Positions 58,314 to 64,000 of a stretch of DNA of 64,000 bases are shown piece by piece. The stretch lies in assembly GCF_022846255.1 (NCBI RefSeq), contig NZ_AP025682.1; one strand, given 5' to 3'. The stretch's first letter is position 1; every line of letters starts with the position of its first letter. The DNA is from Escherichia coli (GTDB lineage: Bacteria > Pseudomonadota > Gammaproteobacteria > Enterobacterales > Enterobacteriaceae). The position numbers were made by a program, and so were the translations under genes. Under the pieces are notes generated by a model that was not told the origin of the DNA, searched no databases, and saw only the letters and a program-made list of their open reading frames with translations.

Positions 58314-59744
58314 TTAATGAACAAAACGTCCGGCACGAGACATAAATTCTTCTTCGCTCATCTCCTGTCCGTTAAAAGCAACTTTACCCGGTGTATAACG
58401 CAGTTGCAGCGAGGCGGTATTGTTGTCAATCGTGATTAACTGAAACATCTGACCTAAGGTCATCATCCCGCTGATTTGTTTATCAGCCTGCTTTTGCGCT
58501 TTTTCCGCATCCATTCCTTCAGATAAATTAAGCTGTTTTGCGATTTCTGTGGCGACATTAAGCGGTAATTTCACATCAAAATTGAGCGATTTAATATCTT
58601 TGTTTGTGGATGATGAAGATTTGGCTGGGTCGGCAATACTGATATCCAGATTGGCATTTAGTTCGCCGAGTGCATTCTTCCATCTTACCGGTTGTTTAAT
58701 GGTCGGCTCACTTTTTTTTAATAACGGTAAATACTCTTTGAACAATGCAGTATTCACTTCTTGCAGAGCAACTTCATCGTTTGCTAACTCAGGGTGTGCA
58801 GCAAGCTGCTTCTGCATCGCAATGTTATACTGGATGATAAATTGGCGCACCGCTGAGGGATCAATAGATTCAGCAATCAATGACCACTCACCACTACCGA
58901 GTTGCTGATTCCCTTTTGTTAACTTATCAAGTTCGTAGGTCAGATTGACATTGATATAATCTTTGTCTTTAACGCGATCCAGCCTGGTTTTTGCAACGAA
59001 AGCATCGATTTGGGCAACGTCTTCCCCGTGATTGATAATGTTAATCTGATTAAATTTCGACTCGCTTTCACCAACCGGAAATTTCTTTTCTTCTAATCGC
59101 GCCAGAGAATCAATGGTAAAACTTTTCGCCGTTACTTTGTTCATTGGTGATAATTGCAGAACAATATCTTCGACTTTGCCTTCAATATCCAGGTTAGACA
59201 ATGAACTACCATCACCATTAAAAGTAAACTGGCCCTCACCAAAAGAAAACTTTCCATATTTTGCAGGGGCAACATCTAATGTCGTGGAGAATGAGCCACC
59301 AAACGCGAATCGCAATGTCGCTTCCACGGGCGATTTATTTTTCGCGGCGATAAATAGCGGTTGTGTCAGTTCATTATTCACTAATTTCACTTTTGCCGCT
59401 GCCAGTGCGGGGATGACATTACCACGCATTAACATTGTGATGGGCAACGGACCGTGCTCAACATCCACATCAAATACAATTTTCTGGCCTGGCTTGATAT
59501 CGAGATCGGGTGCACCGTTATCAAATGTCATTTGCATTTGAAAACGGGAATTAAAAAAGCCTTTGTCAAAATTTTTATAACTTAACGTCATATCGTAGGC
59601 ATGTTCACCTTTCTTTTTAGCATCGTTAAAACCTTTAATAAACTTTTCGACACCAGGTTGAATTTGCGTACCTGTGTACCATGTGCCACCACCCCAGATT
59701 ACGGCTAACGCAACAATAGCACCTGTAGCTGACTTACGTATCAT
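58314..59744 (-). CDS. yihF: DUF945-family exported protein YihF
   Basis: MIRKSATGAIVALAVIWGGGTWYTGTQIQPGVEKFIKGF...; start set at the internal Met (476 aa); listed ORF extends to 59786. Confidence 0.8.
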   Translation of the reverse strand: MIRKSATGAIVALAVIWGGGTWYTGTQIQPGVEKFIKGFNDAKKKGEHAYDMTLSYKNFDKGFFNSRFQMQMTFDNGAPDLDIKPGQKIVFDVDVEHGPLPITMLMRGNVIPALAAAKVKLVNNELTQPLFIAAKNKSPVEATLRFAFGGSFSTTLDVAPAKYGKFSFGEGQFTFNGDGSSLSNLDIEGKVEDIVLQLSPMNKVTAKSFTIDSLARLEEKKFPVGESESKFNQINIINHGEDVAQIDAFVAKTRLDRVKDKDYINVNLTYELDKLTKGNQQLGSGEWSLIAESIDPSAVRQFIIQYNIAMQKQLAAHPELANDEVALQEVNTALFKEYLPLLKKSEPTIKQPVRWKNALGELNANLDISIADPAKSSSSTNKDIKSLNFDVKLPLNVATEIAKQLNLSEGMDAEKAQKQADKQISGMMTLGQMFQLITIDNNTASLQLRYTPGKVAFNGQEMSEEEFMSRAGRFVH

Positions 59745-59898
59745 ATAAATATTCCCTGATAAAACAGCAAAACTTTGAATATCCACTTATGCTGAAATAA
59801 TGTCCAGCAGCAGGACGCATTATCAGAATGTATTTATATTTATTAAATAATAAAAAAAGCCCGTGAATATTCACGGGCTTTATGTAATTTACATTGAA

Positions 59899-60525
59899 TT
59901 ATTTTTTCTCGGACAGATATTTCACAGTATCAGCATACTGCTGAACAAAAACATCCATATTGCTGGTATCCATACCCTGCGGATTCAGCTGATATTTACC
60001 GTTAACAAACATCGCCGGAACACCACGCAATTGCACGTCAGCTGCAGCTTTTTCCTGCTGAGCGACCAGAGATTTCACCACGAAGCTGTTCCACGCCGCG
60101 TCGTACTCTTCACCTTTAATACCTGCGTTGATAAATACATCGCGGATATCAGATGCTGAACGAATGGTCTGGGTTTTTTGTACGCCTTCAAACAGCGGAA
60201 CTGTGACTTTGTCTTCCACGCCCAGCGCCATCGCCACAGCCCATGCCTGAGTCAGCTCTTTGCCCAGGTCACCCCCCATGAAGTTGACGTGGTATTTAGT
60301 CATCTTCACGCCTTCCGGCAGTTTTTTCTTCACGTTATCAGAAATATGCAGAACTTCTTCAAACTGATAGCAGTGCGGGCAGAAGAAAGAGAAAAACTCC
60401 AGCACTTGCGGCGCGCCAGCAACTGGTTTTTCCAGGGTAGTGTACTGTTTACCATCTTCATACTGCGCCGCCGATGCGCTAAACGCTAAAACTAAACCAG
60501 CCAGCGCCAGCCAAATCTTTTTCAT
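59899..60525 (-). CDS. dsbA: Periplasmic thiol:disulfide oxidoreductase DsbA
   Basis: 208 aa; [58 protein letters not shown]... (active site CPHC). Confidence 0.95.
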   Translation of the reverse strand: MKKIWLALAGLVLAFSASAAQYEDGKQYTTLEKPVAGAPQVLEFFSFFCPHCYQFEEVLHISDNVKKKLPEGVKMTKYHVNFMGGDLGKELTQAWAVAMALGVEDKVTVPLFEGVQKTQTIRSASDIRDVFINAGIKGEEYDAAWNSFVVKSLVAQQEKAAADVQLRGVPAMFVNGKYQLNPQGMDTSNMDVFVQQYADTVKYLSEKK

Positions 60526-60541
60526 GATCTACTCTCTCCGA

Positions 60542-61528
60542 TTAATACATAGGTGTTAATTGCAAAGGGGGTTCTTGTAGAACTTTTGCCTGTTCTATAA
60601 AAGTCACCGTCTGTCGTAGCCAGTAATCTTCCCCGGTTAACCACGGGAAATTTTTCGGGAACGCGGGATCAGCCCAACGCCGCATTAGCCAGGCAAGATA
60701 ATAAACCAAACGCATGGCGCGTAAAGGTTCAATCAGTCCGATTTCAGCGGTGTCGAACTCGCTAAATTCTTCATAAGCCTCAATAATAGTTTCCAGTTGC
60801 ATCCGCTGCTCGGCTTTATCACCATTGAGCAACATCCACAAATCCTGAACGGCTGGACCATTACGTGCATCATCCAGATCAACAAACATTGGACCATCGC
60901 GCCAGAGAATATTCCCGGCGTGGCAGTCTCCATGTAGCCGCAGAACGGTGAAATCTTCCCGCCAGTGTGCTGTAACGGCGGCAATCAGCTCATCTGTCGC
61001 TTTCAGGAATGCCGCTTTCAACCCGGAAGGTATCAGTGTAGCGTCCTCAAACAGCTTGCGTGGCTCAATGAGATATTCATTCAAACCGATGGTCGGGCGA
61101 TGGATAAAAAGCTGTTTGCGCCCCGTCTGGTGCATACGCCCTAAATAACGCCCAACCGCTTCCATCTGATCGATATTATCAGCTTCGAACTGGCGACCAC
61201 CGACGCTTGGAAAAACAGCGAAATAAAATCCCTGATGGTTCAATAAAGTCTGACCATTAAAGGCCACAGGTGCTGCGACCGGAACTTCATCGTTAACCAG
61301 CTGCAACGCAAATTGATGTTCTTCGAGGATTTGATCGGCTGTCCAACGTTCAGGGCGATAAAATTTGACGACAAAACGTCGACGATCTTCGTCCTGAAAT
61401 TGATAGACACGGTTTTCATAGCTGTTAAGCGGGGTAAGACCGGAATCCACCCGAATCCCATGCTCAAACAGAGCGTCCATGATGGTATCCGGGTGTAGTG
61501 TCTGGAAAGTAAAAGCGCTGTTGTTCAT
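60542..61528 (-). CDS. srkA: Stress-response Ser/Thr kinase SrkA (RdoA/YihE)
   Basis: 328 aa; MNNSAFTFQTLHPDTIMDALFEHGIRVDSGLTPLNSYENRVYQFQDEDRRRFVVKFYRPERW... Confidence 0.9.
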   Translation of the reverse strand: MNNSAFTFQTLHPDTIMDALFEHGIRVDSGLTPLNSYENRVYQFQDEDRRRFVVKFYRPERWTADQILEEHQFALQLVNDEVPVAAPVAFNGQTLLNHQGFYFAVFPSVGGRQFEADNIDQMEAVGRYLGRMHQTGRKQLFIHRPTIGLNEYLIEPRKLFEDATLIPSGLKAAFLKATDELIAAVTAHWREDFTVLRLHGDCHAGNILWRDGPMFVDLDDARNGPAVQDLWMLLNGDKAEQRMQLETIIEAYEEFSEFDTAEIGLIEPLRAMRLVYYLAWLMRRWADPAFPKNFPWLTGEDYWLRQTVTFIEQAKVLQEPPLQLTPMY

Positions 61529-61604
61529 CCCATCATCCGGAAAACATTACGAATGATGAAGGATATCATTTCACGATGATTTTGGTTGCGCCGCTTACAA
61601 GCTT

Positions 61605-61874
61605 TTACTCTTTAATTACACCACGTGCGCGTAATAGCGCCGTTTTGAAATCTTCTTCATAATCTTTCTGCAAACCCGGGATCACCGCATCTTTCGCGGA
61701 ATCACGCATTTTCAGGTGATAGATCAGAATGTCATCCGTCAAATCCGCCAGTTCGCCGTCAAAACCTGACTCTTTCGCCAGTTTCTGCAAGAATTGCAGC
61801 AGGTTAAGGTCTGGCTCTTTTTGCCAGGCTGGCTGGAGGAGTTCAATAACTTCATTCAGACGTTTACATTTCAT
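61605..61874 (-). CDS. yihD: DUF1040 protein YihD
   Basis: [58 protein letters not shown]...; 89 aa from the internal Met. Confidence 0.85.
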
Positions 61875-61943
61875 AGTAATGCTCCTTACTCTTGAGACAG
61901 ACACGTTAGCAGGGTCAATCCCACAATAAAAGAGGCGATATCG

Positions 61944-62528
61944 GTGAATCTGATGACGACGATAACAGGCGTTGTGCTGGCGGGCGGTAAAGCCAGACGA
62001 ATGGGCGGCGTAGATAAAGGATTGCTTGAATTAAACGGCAAACCATTATGGCAGCATGTCGCTGACGCGCTTATGACGCAGCTTTCTCACGTCGTGGTTA
62101 ATGCTAATCGTCATCAGGAAATCTATCAGGTAAGCGGTCTGAAAGTGATTGAAGATTCACTGGCGGATTACCCTGGTCCTCTGGCAGGAATGCTTTCAGT
62201 AATGCAGCAGGAAGCGGGTGAGTGGTTTTTGTTTTGCCCGTGCGATACGCCTTACATTCCCCATGATTTAGCCGCCCGGCTTACTCATCAGCGCAAAGAT
62301 GCGCCTGTCGTGTGGGTCCACGACGGTGAACGCGATCACCCGACTATTGCTCTGGTAAACCGCGCAATTGAGCCTTTATTACTGGAATATCTGCAAGCAG
62401 GAGAACGCCGGGTTATGGCATTTATGCGTCTGGCTGGCGGTCATGCGGTTGATTTCAGCGATCGTAAAGAGGCATTTATAAACGTGAATACGCCAGAGGA
62501 GCTTGCCCGATGGCAGGAAAAACGATGA
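61944..62528 (+). CDS. mobA: Molybdenum cofactor guanylyltransferase
   Basis: 194 aa; [43 protein letters not shown]... Confidence 0.9.
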
Positions 62529-63037
62529 TACCGTTACTCGCCTTTGCTGCATGGAGTGGCACCGGAAAAACAACGCTGCTGAAAAAATTGATCCCGGCAT
62601 TATGCGCCAGAGGGATCCGTCCGGGGCTGATTAAGCATACGCACCATGATATGGATGTTGATAAACCGGGCAAAGATAGCTATGAGTTGCGCAAGGCTGG
62701 CGCGGCGCAAACCATCGTTGCCAGCCAGCAGCGATGGGCCTTGATGACGGAAACACCAGACGAAGAAGAGCTGGATCTACATTTTCTCGCAAGTCGAATG
62801 GATACCTCAAAGCTGGATTTGATTCTGGTCGAAGGGTTTAAGCATGAAGAGATCGCAAAGATTGTGCTGTTTCGCGATGGAGCCGGACATCGACCGGAAG
62901 AATTAGTGATAGACAGGCATGTTATTGCTGTAGCCAGTGATGTGCCGCTTAATCTTGATGTCGCGTTACTGGATATTAATGATGTTGAGGGGCTGGCTGA
63001 TTTTGTGGTGGAGTGGATGCAAAAGCAGGACGGATAA
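62510..63037 (+). CDS. mobB: Molybdopterin-guanine dinucleotide biosynthesis adapter MobB
   Basis: P-loop [17 protein letters not shown]; overlaps the mobA 3' end; an internal Met at 62525 is an alternative start. Confidence 0.9.
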   Translation: MAGKTMIPLLAFAAWSGTGKTTLLKKLIPALCARGIRPGLIKHTHHDMDVDKPGKDSYELRKAGAAQTIVASQQRWALMTETPDEEELDLHFLASRMDTSKLDLILVEGFKHEEIAKIVLFRDGAGHRPEELVIDRHVIAVASDVPLNLDVALLDINDVEGLADFVVEWMQKQDG

Positions 63038-63094
63038 GCAAGAGTAGGCTGGAGCAAACGCGCCAGCGTCGCATCCGGCATTTATTCCGCACCA

Positions 63095-63125
63095 ACGCAA
63101 AAAAGCCCAGTCTTCCGACTGGGCT
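63095..63125 (-). terminator. Terminator of the rRNA operon (downstream of 5S on the minus strand)
   Basis: Plus strand aaaaaagcccagtcttccgactgggctctt; on the minus strand a stem agcccagtcggaagactgggct followed by a T-run. Confidence 0.5.
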
Positions 63126-63139
63126 CTTCGCTTAATTTG

Positions 63140-63259
63140 ATGCCTGGCAGTTCCCTACTCTCGCATGGGGAGGCCCCACACTACCATCGGCGCTACGGCG
63201 TTTCACTTCTGAGTTCGGCATGGGGTCAGGTGGGACCACCGCGCTACGGCCGCCAGGCA
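63140..63259 (-). rRNA. rrfA: 5S ribosomal RNA (probably rrfA given the adjacent mobB)
   Basis: Reverse complement reads TGCCTGGCGGCCGTAGCGCGGTGGTCCCACCTGACCCCATGCCGAACTCAGAAGTGAAACGCCGTAGCGCCGATGGTAGTGTGGGGCCTCCCCATGCGAGAGTAGGGAACTGCCAGGCAT; 120 nt. Confidence 0.9.
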
Positions 63260-63357
63260 AATTCTGTTTTATCAACACGTCTCGTTATGACCTGTCGATT
63301 TAATCTGTATCAGGCTGAAAATCTTCTCTCTATCCGCCAAAACATCTTCGGCGTTGT

Positions 63358-64000
<643 letters not shown>

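Overview
This window is an Escherichia coli chromosomal segment, collinear with the K-12 86–88 min region in reverse orientation, running sbp–pfkA–fieF–cpxPRA–yiiM–kdgT–sodA–rhaTRS/BADM–fdhD/fdoGHI–fdhE–yiiD–dtd–yihYXWV/UTSRQPO–ompL–typA–glnALG–hemN–yihI–engB–spf–polA–yihGF–dsbA–srkA–yihD–mobAB–rrfA–rrlA. All identifications rest on reading the ORF translations and DNA motifs from memory of the K-12 reference; no database search or computation was run. Gene content departs from K-12 at several points, so this is a non-K-12 strain. The most notable departures: (1) a small AT-rich accessory island between fdhE and yiiD carrying a HigB-2/HigA-2-like toxin–antitoxin pair, two Cys/His-rich small ORFs, an alpha/beta-hydrolase and three copies of a ~45-bp repeat; (2) a TauE/SafE-family permease inside the sulfoquinovose cluster between yihR and yihQ, a candidate sulfonate exporter; (3) a coiled-coil carbohydrate porin plus a short hypothetical ORF where K-12 has frvABXR–yiiG; (4) kdgT shortened by an apparent in-frame deletion; (5) ompL inactivated by one nonsense codon; (6) yihLMN absent. 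No IS element, transposase, integrase, prophage or CRISPR array was found.
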